From assembly GCA_964016885.1 (NCBI GenBank), contig OZ024741.1, positions 410,378,001-410,442,000 of the forward strand: a stretch of DNA of 64,000 bases, read 5' to 3'. The notes beneath the pieces were generated by a model, which saw only the letters and a program-made list of their open reading frames with translations, ran no database searches and had not been told where the DNA came from. This DNA is from Eledone cirrhosa. Its lineage: Eukaryota. Positions within the stretch are counted from its first letter, which is position 1; the number at the start of each line of letters is the position of its first letter. This document shows, one piece after another, positions 1-13,600 of the stretch. A program made the position numbers and the translations under genes.

Positions 1-2280
1 GTCTATGTTGTTTAACCCTTTCATTACCATATTTCTAATGTAAGAGACTGTCTATGTTGTTTAACCCTTTCATTACCATAATTCTAATGAAAGACACTGT
101 CTATGTCTTTAACCCTTCCATTACCATATTTTTATTCTAAGACACTGTCTATGTTTTTTAACTCTTCCTTTACCATACTTCTAATGTAAGACACTGTCTA
201 TGTTGTTTAACCCTTCCATTACCATATTTATAATGAAAGACATTGTCTATCTTGTTTAACCCTTTCATTACCATATTTCTCATGACTCTGTCTATGTTTT
301 TTAACCCTTTCATCTCCACATTTATAATGTAAGACACTGTCTATGTTATTTAAACCTTTCACCTCCATATTTCTAATGTAAGACAGTGTCTATGTTGTTT
401 AACCCTTTCATTACCATATTTCTAATGAAAGACACTGTCTATGTTGTTTAACCCTTCCATTACCACTATTCTAATGTAAGAAACTGTCTATGTCGTTTAA
501 CCCTTTCATTACCATATTTCTCATGACTCTGTCTATGTTGTTTAACCCTTCCATTACCATATTTCTAATGTAAGACACTGTCTATGTTGTTTAACCCTTT
601 CATTACCATATTTCTAATGTAAGACACTGTCTATGTTGTTTAACCCTTTCATTACCATATTTCTAATGTAAGACTCTGTCTATGTTGTTTAACCCTTTCA
701 TTACCATATTTCTAATGTAAGACACTGTCTATATTGTTTAACCCTTTCATTACCATATTTCTAATGTAAGACTCTGTCTATGTTGTTTAACCCTTCCATT
801 ACCATATTTCTAATGTAAGACACTGTCTATGTTGTTTAACGCTTTCATTACCATATTTCTAATGTAAGACACCGTCTATATTGTTTAACCCTTTCATTAC
901 TATATTTCTAATGTAAGACACTGTCTATGTTGTTTAACCCTTTCATTACCATATTTCTAATGTAAGATACTGTCTATGTTGTTTAACCCTTCATTACCAT
1001 ATTTTCTATGTAAACACTGTCAATGTTGTTTAACCCTTTCATTACCATATTTCTAATGTAAGAGACTGTCTATGTTGTTTAACCCTTTCATGACCATAAT
1101 TCTAATCAAAGACACTGTCTATGTCTTTAACCCTTCCATTACCATATTTTTAATCTAAGACACTGTCTATGTTTTTTAACTCTTCCTTTACCATACTTCT
1201 AATGTAAGACACTGTCTATGTTGTTTAACCCTTCCATTACCATGTTTCTAATGAAAGACATTGTCTATCTTGTTTAACCATTTCATTACCATATTTCTCA
1301 TGACTCTGTCTATGTTGTTTAACCCTTCCATTACCATATTTCTAATGTAAGACACTGTCTATGTTGTTTAACCCTTTCATTACCATATTTCTAATGTAAG
1401 ACACTGTCTATGTTGGTTAACCCTTTCATTACCATATTTCTAATGTAAGACACTGTCTATGTTGTTTAACCCTTTCACTACCATATTTCTAATGTAAGAC
1501 ACTGTCTATGTTGTTTAACCCTTTCATTACCATATTTCTAATGTAAGACTCTGTCTATGTTGTTTAACCCTTTCATTACCATATTTCTAACGTAAGACAT
1601 TGTCTATGTTGTTTAACCCTTTCATTACCATATTTCTAATGTAAGACTCTGTCTATGTTGTTTAACCCTTCCATTACCATATTTCTAATGTAAGACACTG
1701 TCTATGTTGTTTAACACTTTCATTACCATATTTCTAATGTAAGACACCGTCTATATTGTTTAACCCTTTCATTACTATATTTCTAATGTAAGACACTGTC
1801 TATGTTGTTTAACCCTTTCATTACCATATTTCTAATGTAAGATACTGTCTATGTTGTTTAACCCTTCATTACCATATTTTCTATGTAAGAGACTGTCTAT
1901 GTTGTTTAACCCTTTCATGACCATAATTCTAATGAAAGACACTGTCTATGTCTTTAACCCTTCCATTACCATATTTTTAATCTAAGACACTGTCTATGTT
2001 TTTTAACTCTTCCTTTACCATACTTCTAATGTAAGACACTGTCTATGTTGTTTAACCCTTCCATTACCATGTTTCTAATGAAAGACATTGTCTATCTTGT
2101 TTAACCATTTCATTACCATATTTCTCATGACTCTGTCTATGTTGTTTAACCCTTCCATTACCATATTTCTAATGTAAGACACTGTCTATGTTGTTTAACC
2201 CTTTCATTACCATATTTCTAATGAAAGACACTGTCTATGTTGTTTAACCCTTTCATTACCATATTTTCTATGTAAACACT

Positions 2281-5200
2281 GTCTATGTTGTTTAACCCTT
2301 TCATTACCATATTTCTAATGTAAGAGACTGTCTATGTTGTTTAACCCTTTCATTACCATAATTCTAATGAAAGACACTGTCTATGTCTTTAACCCTTCCA
2401 TTACCATATTTTTAATCTAAGACACTGTCTATGTTTTTTAACTCTTCCTTTACCATACTTCTAATGTAAGACACTGTCTATGTTGTTTAACCCTTCCATT
2501 ACCATATTTCTAATGAAAGACATTGTCTATCTTGTTTAACCCTTTCATTACCATATTTCTCATGACTCTGTCTATGTTTTTTAACCCTTTCATCTCCACA
2601 TTTATAATGTAAGACACTGTCTATGTTATTTAAACCTTCCACTACCATATTTCTAATGTAAGACAGTGTCTATGTTGTTTAACCCTTTCATTACCATATT
2701 TCTAATGAAAGACACTGTCTATGTTGTTTAACCCTTCCATTACCACTATTCTAATGTAAGAAACTGTCTATGTTGTTTAACCCTTTCATTACCATATTTC
2801 TCATGACTCTGTCTATGTTGTTTAACCCTTCCATTACCATATTTCTAATGTAAGACACTGTCTATGTTGTTTAACCCTTTCATTACCATATTTCTAATGT
2901 AAGACACTGTCTATGTTGTTTAACCCTTTCATTACCATATTTCTAATGTAAGACTCTGTCTATGTTGTTTAACCCTTTCATTACCATATTTCTAACGTAA
3001 GACACTGTCTATGTTGTTTAACCCTTTCATTACCATATTTCTAATGTAAGACTCTGTCTATGTTGTTTAACCCTTCCATTACCATATTTCTAATGTAAGA
3101 CACTGTCTATGTTGTTTAACGCTTTCATTACCATATTTCTAATGTAAGACACCATCTATATTGTTTAACCCTTTCATTACTATATTTCTAATGTAAGACA
3201 CTGTCTATGTTGTTTAAACCTTTCATTACCATATTTCTAATGTAAGATACTGTCTATGTTGTTTAACCCTTCATTACCATATTTTCTATGTAAACACTGT
3301 CAATGTTGTTTAACCCTTTCATTACCATATTTCTAATGTAAGAGACTGTCTATGTTGTTTAACCCTTTCATGACCATAATTCTAATGAAAGACACTGTCT
3401 ATGTCTTTAACACTTCCATTACCATATTTTTAATCTAAGACACTGTCTATGTTTTTTAACTCTTCCTTTACCATACTTCTAATGTAAGACACTGTCTATG
3501 TTGTTTAACCCTTCCATTACCATGTTTCTAATGAAAGACATTGTCTATCTTGTTTAACCATTTCATTACCATATTTCTCATGACTCTGTCTATGTTGTTT
3601 AACCCTTCCATTACCATATTTCTAATGTAAGACACTGTCTATGTTGTTTAACCCTTTCATTACCATATTTCTAATGAAAGACACTGTCTATGTTGTTTAA
3701 CCCTTTCATTACCATATTTTCTATGTAAACACTGTCTATGTTGTTTAACCCTTTCATTACCATATTTCTAATGTAAGAGACTGTCTATGTTGTTTAACCC
3801 TTTCATTACCATAATTCTAATGAAAGACACTGTCTATGTCTTTAACCCTTCCATTACCATATTTTTAATCTAAGACACTGTCTATGTTTTTTAACTCTTC
3901 CTTTACCATACTTCTAATGTAAGACACTGTCTATGTTGTTTAACCCTTCCATTACCATATTTCTAATGAAAGACATTGTCTATCTTGTTTAACCCTTTCA
4001 TTACCATATTTCTCATGACTCTGTCTATGTTTTTTAACCCTTTCATCTCCACATTTATAATGTAAGACACTGTCTATGTTATTTAAACCTTCCACTACCA
4101 TATTTCTAATGTAAGACAGTGTCTATGTTGTTTAACCCTTTCATTACCATATTTCTAATGAAAGACACTGTCTATGTTGTTTAACCCTTCCATTACCACT
4201 ATTCTAATGTAAGAAACTGTCTATGTTGTTTAACCCTTTCATTACCATATTTCTCATGACTCTGTCTATGTTGTTTAACCCTTCCATTACCATATTTCTA
4301 ATGTAAGACACTGTCTATGTTGTTTAACCCTTTCATTACCATATTTCTAATGTAAGACACTGTCTATGTTGTTTAACCCTTTCATTACCATATTTCTAAT
4401 GTAAGACTCTGTCTATGTTGTTTAACCCTTTCATTACCATATTTCTAACGTAAGACACTGTCTATGTTGTTTAACCCTTTCATTACCATATTTCTAATGT
4501 AAGACTCTGTCTATGTTGTTTAACCCTTCCATTACCATATTTCTAATGTAAGACACTGTCTATGTTGTTTAACGCTTTCATTACCATATTTCTAATGTAA
4601 GACACCGTCTATATTGTTTAACCCTTTCATTACTATATTTCTAATGTAAGACACTGTCTATGTTGTTTAAACCTTTCATTACCATATTTCTAATGTAAGA
4701 TACTGTCTATGTTGTTTAACCCTTCATTACCATATTTTCTATGTAAACACTGTCAATGTTGTTTAACCCTTTCATTACCATATTTCTAATGTAAGAGACT
4801 GTCTATGTTGTTTAACCCTTTCATGACCATAATTCTAATGAAAGACACTGTCTATTTCTTTAACACTTCCATTACCATATTTTTAATCTAAGACACTGTC
4901 TATGTTTTTTAACTCTTCCTTTACCATACTTCTAATGTAAGACACTGTCTATATTGTTTAACCCTTCCATTACCATGTTTCTAATGAAAGACATTGTCTA
5001 TCTTGTTTAACCATTTCATTACCATATTTCTCATGACTCTGTCTATGTTGTTTAACCCTTCCATTACCATATTTCTAATGTAAGACACTGTCTATGTTGT
5101 TTAACCCTTTCATTACCATATTTCTAATGAAAGACACTGTCTATGTTGTTTAACCCTTTCATTACCATATTTTCTATGTAAACACTGTCTATGTTGTTTA

Positions 5201-5830
5201 ACCCTTTCATTACCATATTTCTAATGTAAGAGACTGTCTATGTTGTTTAACCCTTTCATTACCATAATTCTAATGAAAGACACTGTCTATGTCTTTAACC
5301 CTTCCATTACCATATTTTTAATCTAAGACACTGTCTATGTTTTTTAACTCTTCCTTTACCATACTTCTAATGTAAGACACTGTCTATGTTGTTTAACCCT
5401 TCCATTACCATATTTCTAATGAAAGACATTGTCTATCTTGTTTAACCCTTTCATTACCATATTTCTCATGACTCTGTCTATGTTTTTTAACCCTTTCATC
5501 TCCACATTTATAATGTAAGACACTGTCTATGTTATTTAAACCTTTCACTACCATATTTCTAATGTAAGACAGTGTCTATGTTGTTTAACCCTTTCATTAC
5601 CATATTTCTAATGAAAGACACTGTCTATGTTGTTTAACCCTTCCATTACCACTATTCTAATGTAAGAAACTGTCTATGTTGTTTAACCCTTTCATTACCA
5701 TATTTCTCATGACTCTGTCTATGTTGTTTAACCCTTCCATTACCATATTTCTAATGTAAGACACTGTCTATGTTGTTTAACCCTTTCATTACCATATTTC
5801 TAATGTAAGACACTGTCTATGTTGTTTAAC
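2281..5830. repeat. 1453-bp (30-monomer) higher-order repeat, ~2.4 tandem copies
   Basis: Marker CATCTCCACATTTATAATG at 2591, 4044 and 5497 (spacing 1453). Unit starts at 2281, 3734 and 5187. 30x49 minus the 17 bp of observed monomer deletions equals 1453. Confidence 0.9.
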
Positions 5831-7659
5831 CCTTCCATTACCATATTTCTTATGTAAGACACTGTCTATGTTGTTTAACCCTTCCATTACCATATTTCTA
5901 ATGTAAGACACCGTCTATATTTTTTAACCCTTTCATTACCATATTTCTAATGTAAGACACTGTCTATGTTGTTTAACCCTTTCATTATCATATTTCTAAT
6001 GTAAGATACTGTCTATGTTGTTTAAACCTTCATTACCATATTTTCTATGTAAACACTGTCTATGTTGTTTAACCCTTTCATTACCATATTTCTAATGTAA
6101 GAGACTGTCTATGTTGTTTAACCCTTTCATTACCATAATTCTAATGAAAGACACTGTCTATGTCTTTAACCCTTCCATTACCATATTTTTAATCTAAGAC
6201 ACTGTCTATGTTTTTTAACTCTTCCTTTACCATACTTCTAATGTAAGACACTGTCTATGTTGATTAACCCTTCCATTACCATGTTTCTAATGAAAGACAT
6301 TGTCTATCTTGTTTAACCATTTCATTACCATATTTCTCATGACTCTGTCTATGTTGTTTAACCCTTCCATTACCATATTTCTAATGTAAGACACTGTCTA
6401 TGTTGTTTAACCCTTTCATTACCATATTTCTAATGAAAGACACTGTCTATGTTGTTTAACCCTTTCATTACCATATTTTCTATGTAAACACTGTCTATGT
6501 TGTTTAACCCTTTCATTACCATATTTCTAATGTAAGAGACTGTCTATGTTGTTTAACCCTTTCATTACCATAATTCTAATGAAAGACACTGTCTATGTCT
6601 TTAACCCTTCCATTACCATATTTTTAATCTAAGACACTGTCTATGTTTTTTAACTCTTCCTTTACCATACTTCTAATGTAAGACACTGTCTATGTTGTTT
6701 AACCCTTCCATTACCATATTTCTAATGAAAGACATTGTCTATCTTGTTTAACCCTTTCACTACCATATTTCTAATGTAAGACACTGTCTATGTTGTTTAA
6801 CCCTTTCATTACCATATTTCTAATGTAAGACTCTGTCTATGTTGTTTAACCCTTTCATTACCATATTTCTAACGTAAGACACTGTCTATGTTGTTTAACC
6901 CTTTCATTACCATATTTCTAATGTAAGACTCTGTCTATGTTGTTTAACCCTTCCATTACCATATTTCTAATGCAAGACACTGTCTATGTTGTTTAACCCT
7001 TTCATTACCATATTTCTAATGTAAGACACCGTCTATATTGTTTAACCCTTTCATTACCATATTTCTAATGTAAGACACTGTCTATGTTGTTTAACCCTTT
7101 CATTACCATATTTCTAATGTAATATACTGTCTATGTTGTTTAACACCTTCATTACCATATTTTCTATGTAAGACACTGTCTATGTTGTTTAATCCTTTCA
7201 CTACCATATTTCTAATGTAAGAGACTGTCTATGTTGTTTAACCCTTTCATTACCATATTTCTAATGTAAGACACTGTCTATGTTGTTTAACCCTTTCATT
7301 ACCATATTTCTAATGTAAGACACTGTCTATGTTGTTTAACCCTTTCACTACCATATTTCTAATGTAAGACACTGTCTATGTTGTTTAACCCTTTCATTAC
7401 CATATTTCTAATGTAAGACTCTGTCTATGTTGTTTAACCCTTTCATTACCATATTTCTAATGTAAGAGACTGTCTATGTTGTTTAACCCTTTCATTACCA
7501 TAATTCTAATGAAAGACTCTGTCTATGTCTTTAACCCTTCCATTACCATATTTTTAATCTAAGACACTGTCTATGTTTTTTAACTCTTCCTTTACCATAC
7601 TTCTAATGTAAGACACTGTCTATGTTGTTTAACCCTTCCATTACCATATTTCTAATGAA

Positions 7660-10600
7660 AGACATTGTCTATCTTGTTTAACCCTTTCATTACCATATTT
7701 CTCATGACTCTGTCTATGTTTTTTAACCCTTTCATCACCACATTTATAATGTAAGACACTGTCTATGTTATTTAAACCTTTCACTACCATATTTCTAATG
7801 TAAGACAGTGTCTATGTTGTTTAACCCTTTCATTACCATATTTCTAATGAAAGACACTGTCTATGTTGTTTAACCCTTCCATTACCACTATTCTAATGTA
7901 AGAAACTGTCTATGTTGTTTAACCCTTTCATTACCATATTTCTCATGACTCTGTCTATGTTGTTAAACCCTTCCATTACCATATTTCTAATGTAAGACAC
8001 TGTCTATGTTGTTTAACCCTTTCATTACCATATTTCTAATGTAAGACACTGTCTATGTTGTTTAACCCTTCCATTACCATATTTCTAATGTAAGACACCG
8101 TCTATATTTTTTAACCCTTTCATTACCATATTTCTAATGTAAGACACTGTCTATGTTGTTCAACCCTTTCATTATCATATTTCTAATGTAAGATACTGTC
8201 TATGTTGTTTAAACCTTCATTACCATATTTTCTATGTAAACACTGTCTATGTTGTTTAACCCTTTCATTACCATATTTCTAATGTAAGAGACTGTCTATG
8301 TTGTTTAACTCTTCCTTTACCATACTTCTAATGTAAGACACTGTCTATGTTGATTAACCCTTCCATTACCATGTTTCTAATGAAAGACATTGTCTATCTT
8401 GTTTAACCATTTCATTACCATATTTCTCATGACTCTGTCTATGTTGTTTAACCCTTTCATTACCATATTTCTAATGTAAGACACTGTCTATGTTGTTTAA
8501 CCCTTTCATTACCATAATTCTAATGAAAGACACTGTCTATGTCTTTAACCCTTCCATTACCATATTTTTAATCTAAGACACTGTCTATGTTTTTTAACTC
8601 TTCCTTTACCATACTTCTAATGTAAGACACTGTCTATGTTGTTTAACCCTTCCATTACCATATTTCTAATGAAAGACATTGTCTATCTTGTTTAACCCCT
8701 TCACTACCATATTTCTAATGTAAGACACTGTCTATGTTGTTTAACCCTTTCATTACCATATTTCTAATGTAAGACTCTGTCTATGTTGTTTAACCCTTTC
8801 ATTACCATATTTCTAACGTAAGACACTGTCTATGTTGTTTAACCCTTTCATTACCATATTTCTAATGTAAGACTCTGTCTATGTTGTTTAACACTTCCAT
8901 TACCGTATTTCTAATGCAAGACACTGTCTATATTGTTTAACCCTTTCATTACCATATTTCTAATGTAAGACACTGTCTATGTTGTTTAACCCTTTCATTA
9001 CCATATTTCTAATGTAAGATACTGTCTATGTTGTTTAACACCTTCATTACCATATTTTCTATGTAAGACACTGTCTATGTTGTTTAATCCTTTCACTACC
9101 ATATTTCTAATGTAAGAGACTGTCTATGTTGTTTAACCCTTTCATTACCATATTTCTAATGTAAGACACTGTCTATGTTGTTTAACCCTTTCATTACCAT
9201 ATTTCTAATGTAAGACACTGTCTATATTGTTTAACCCTTTCACTACCATATTTCTAATGTAAGACACTGTCTATGTTGTTTAACCCTTTCATTACCATAT
9301 TTCTAATGTAAGACTCTGTCTATGTTGTTTAACCCTTTCATTACCATATTTCTAACGTAAGACACTGTCTATGTTGTTTAACCCTTTCATTACCATATTT
9401 CTAATGTAAGACTCTGTCTATGTTGTTTAACCCTTCCATTACCATATTTCTAATGTAAGACACTGTCTATGTTGTTTAACCCTTTCATTACCATATTTCT
9501 AATGTAAGATACCGTCTATATTGTTTAACCCTTTCACTACCATATTTCTAATGTAAGACACTGTCTATGTTGTTTAACCCTTTCATTACCATATTTCTAA
9601 TGTAAGAGACTGTCTATGTTGTTTAACCCTTTCATTACCATAATTCTAATGAAAGACACTGTCTATGTCTTTAACCCTTCCATTACCATATTTTTAATCT
9701 AAGACACTGTCTATGTTTTTTAACTCTTCCTTTACCATACTTCTAATGTAAGACACTGTCTATGTTGTTTAACCCTTCCATTACCATGTTTCTAATGAAA
9801 GACATTGTCTATCTTGTTTAACCCTTTCATTACCATATTTCTCATGACTCTGTCTATGTTGTTTAAACCGTTCATCACCACATTTATAATGTAAGACACT
9901 GTCTATGTTATTTAACCCTTTCACTACCATATTTCTAATGTAAGACAGTGTCTATGTTGTTTAACCCTTTCATTACCATATTTCTAATGAAAGACACTGT
10001 CTATGTTGTTTAACCCTTCCATTACCATATTTCTAATGAAAGACATTGTCTATCTTGTTTAACCCTTTCATTACCATATTTCTCATGACTCTGTCTATGT
10101 TGTTTAACCCTTCCGTTACCATATTTCTAATGTAAGACACTGTCTATGTTGTTTAACCCTTTCATTACCATATTTCTAATGTAAGACACTGTCTATGTTG
10201 TTTAACATTCCATTACCATATTTTTTATGTAAGACACTGTCTATGTTGTTTAACACTTCCATTACCATATTTCTTATGTAAGACACTGTCTATGTTGTTT
10301 AACACTTCCATTACCATATTTCTAATGTAAGACACTGTGTATGTTGTTTAACACTTCCATTACCATATTTCTTATGTAAGACACTGTCTATGTTGTTTAA
10401 CCCTTCCATTACCATATTTCTAATGAAAGACACTGTCTATGTTGTTTAACTCTTTCATTGCGATATTTGTAATGTAAGACACTGTCTATGTTGTTTAACC
10501 CTTTCATTACCATATTTCTAATGTAAGACACTGTCTATGTTGTTTAACCTTTTTCACTACCATCTTTAATACTTTCATTACCATATTTCTTATGTAAGAC

Positions 10601-13600
10601 ACTCTCTATGTTGTTTAACCCTTTCATTACCTTAATTATAATGTAAGACACCGTCTATGTTGTTTAACCTTTTCACTACCATCTTTAACACTTTCATTAC
10701 CATATTTCTTATGTAAGACACTCTCTATGTTGTTTAACCCTTTCATTACCATATTTCTAATGTTACACCTTGTCTATGTTGTTTAACCCTTTCATTACCT
10801 TATTTATAATGTAAGACACCGTCTATGTTGTTTAACCTTTTCACTACCATCTTTAACACTTTCATTACCATATTTCTTATGTAAGACACTGTCTATGTTG
10901 TTTAATCCTTTCATTACCATATTTCTAATGTAAGACACTGTCTATGTTGTTTAACCCTTTCATTACCATATTTCTAATGTAAGACTCTGTCTATGTTGTT
11001 TAACCCTTTCATTACCGTATTTCTAATGAAAGACACTGTCTATGTTGTTTAACCCTTTCATTACCATATTTCTAATGTAAGACTCTGTCTATGTTGTTTA
11101 ACCCTTCCATTACCATATTTCTAATGTAAGACACTGTCTATGTTGTTTAACCCTTTCATTACCATATTTCTAATGAAAGACACTGCTATGTTGTTTAACC
11201 CTTCCATTACTATATTTCTAATGTAAGACACTGTCTATGTTCTTTAACCCTTTCATTACCATATTTCTAATGAAAGACACTGTCTATGTTGTTTAACCCT
11301 TCCATTACCATATTTCTAATGAAAGACATTGTCTATCTTGTTTAACCCTTTCATTACCATATTTCTCATGACTCTGTCTATGTTGTTTAACCCTTTCATT
11401 ACCAAATTTCTAATGAAAGACACTGTCTATGTCTTTAACCCTTCCATTACCATATTTTTAATCTAAGACACTGTCTATGTTTTTTAACCCTTCCATTACC
11501 ATACCTCTAATGTAAAACACTGTCTATGTTGTTTGACCCTTCCATTACCATATTTCTAATGAAAGACATTGTCTATCTTGTTTAACCTTTTCATTACCAT
11601 ATTTCTCATGACTCTGTCTATGTTGTTTAACCCTTTCATTACCATATTTATAATGTAAGACACTGTCTATGTTGTTTAACCCTTTCACTACCATATTTCT
11701 AATGTAAGACCGTGTCTATGTTGTTTAACCCTTTCATTACCATATTTCTAATGAAAGACACTGTCTATGTTGTTTAACCCTTCCATTACCACATTTCTAA
11801 TGTAAGAAACTGTCTATGTCGTTTAACCCTTCCATTACCACATTTCTAATGTAAGAAATTGTCTATGTTGTTTAACCTTTTCATTACCATATTTCTAATG
11901 AAAGACATTGTCTATCTTGTTTAACCCTTTCATTACCATATTTCTCATGACTCTGTCTATGTTGGTTAACCCTTTCATTACCATATTTCTAATGTAAGAC
12001 ACTGTCTATGTTGTTTAACCCTTTCATTACCATATTTCTAATGAAAGACACTGTCTATGTTGTTTAACCCTTCCATTACCATATTTCTAATGAAAGACAT
12101 TGTCTATCTTGTTTAACCCTTTCATTACCATATTTCTCATGACTCTGTCTATGTTGGTTAACCCTTTCATTACCATATTTCTAATGTAAGACACTGTCTA
12201 TGTAGTTTAAACCCTATTACTACCATATTTCTAATGTAAGACACTGTCTATGTTGTATAACCCTTTCTCTACCATATTTCTAATATAAGAGACTGTCTAT
12301 GTTGTTTAACCCTTTCATTACCATATTTCTAATGTAAGACACTGTCTATGTTGTTTAACAGTTTCATTACCATATTTCTTATGTAAGACTCTGTCTATGT
12401 TGTTTAACCCTTCCATTACCATATTTCTAATGTAAGACACTGTCTATGTTGTTTAACCCTTTCATTGCCATATTTCTAATGTAAGACACTGTCTATGTTG
12501 TTTAACCCTTCCATTACCATATTTCTGATGTAAGACAGTGTCTATGTTGTTTAACCCTTCCATTACCATATTTCTAATGTAAGACACTGTCTATATTGTT
12601 TAACCCTTTCATTACCATATTTCTAATGAAAGACACTGTCTAAGTTGTTTAACCCTTTCATTACCATATTTCTAATGAAAGACACTGTCTATGTTGTTTA
12701 ACCCTTTCATTACCATATTTTCTATGTAAACACTGTCTATGTTGTTTAACCCTTTCATTACCATATTTCTAATGTAAGAGACTGTCTATGTTGTTTAACC
12801 CTTTCATTACCATATTTCTAATGTAAGAGACTCTCTATCTTGTTTAACCCTTTCATTACCAAATTTCTAATGAAAGACACTGTCTATGTCTTTAACCCTT
12901 CCATTACCATATTTTTAATCTAAGACACTGTCTATGTTTTTTAACCCTTCCATTACCATACTTCTAATGTAAGACACTGTCTATGTTGTTTGACCCTTCC
13001 ATTACCATATTTCTAATGAAAGACATTGTCTATCTTGTTTACCCTTTTCATTACCATATTTCTCATGACTCTGTCTATGTTGTTTAACCATTCCATTACC
13101 ACATTTCTAATGTAAGAAACTGTCTATGTTGTTTAACCCTTTCATTACCATATTTCTAATGAAAGACACTGTCTATGTTGTTTAACCCTTCCATTACCAT
13201 ATTTCTAATGAAAGACATTGTCTATCTTGTTTAACCCTTTCATTACCATATTTCTCATGACTCTGTCTATGTTGGTTAACCCTTTCATTACCATATTTCT
13301 AATGTAAGACACTGTCTATGTAGTTTAAACCCTATTACTACCATATTTCTAATGTAAGACACTGTCTATGTTGTATAACCCTTTCTCTACCATATTTCTA
13401 ATATAAGAGACTGTCTATGTTGTTTAACCCTTCCATTACCATATTTCTAATGTAAGACACTGTCTATGTTGTTTAACCCTTTCATTACCATATTTCTAAT
13501 GTAAGACACTGTCTATGTTGTTTAACCCTTCCATTACCATATTTCTTATGTAAGACACTGTCTATGTTGTTTAACCCTTCCATTACCACATTTCTAATGT

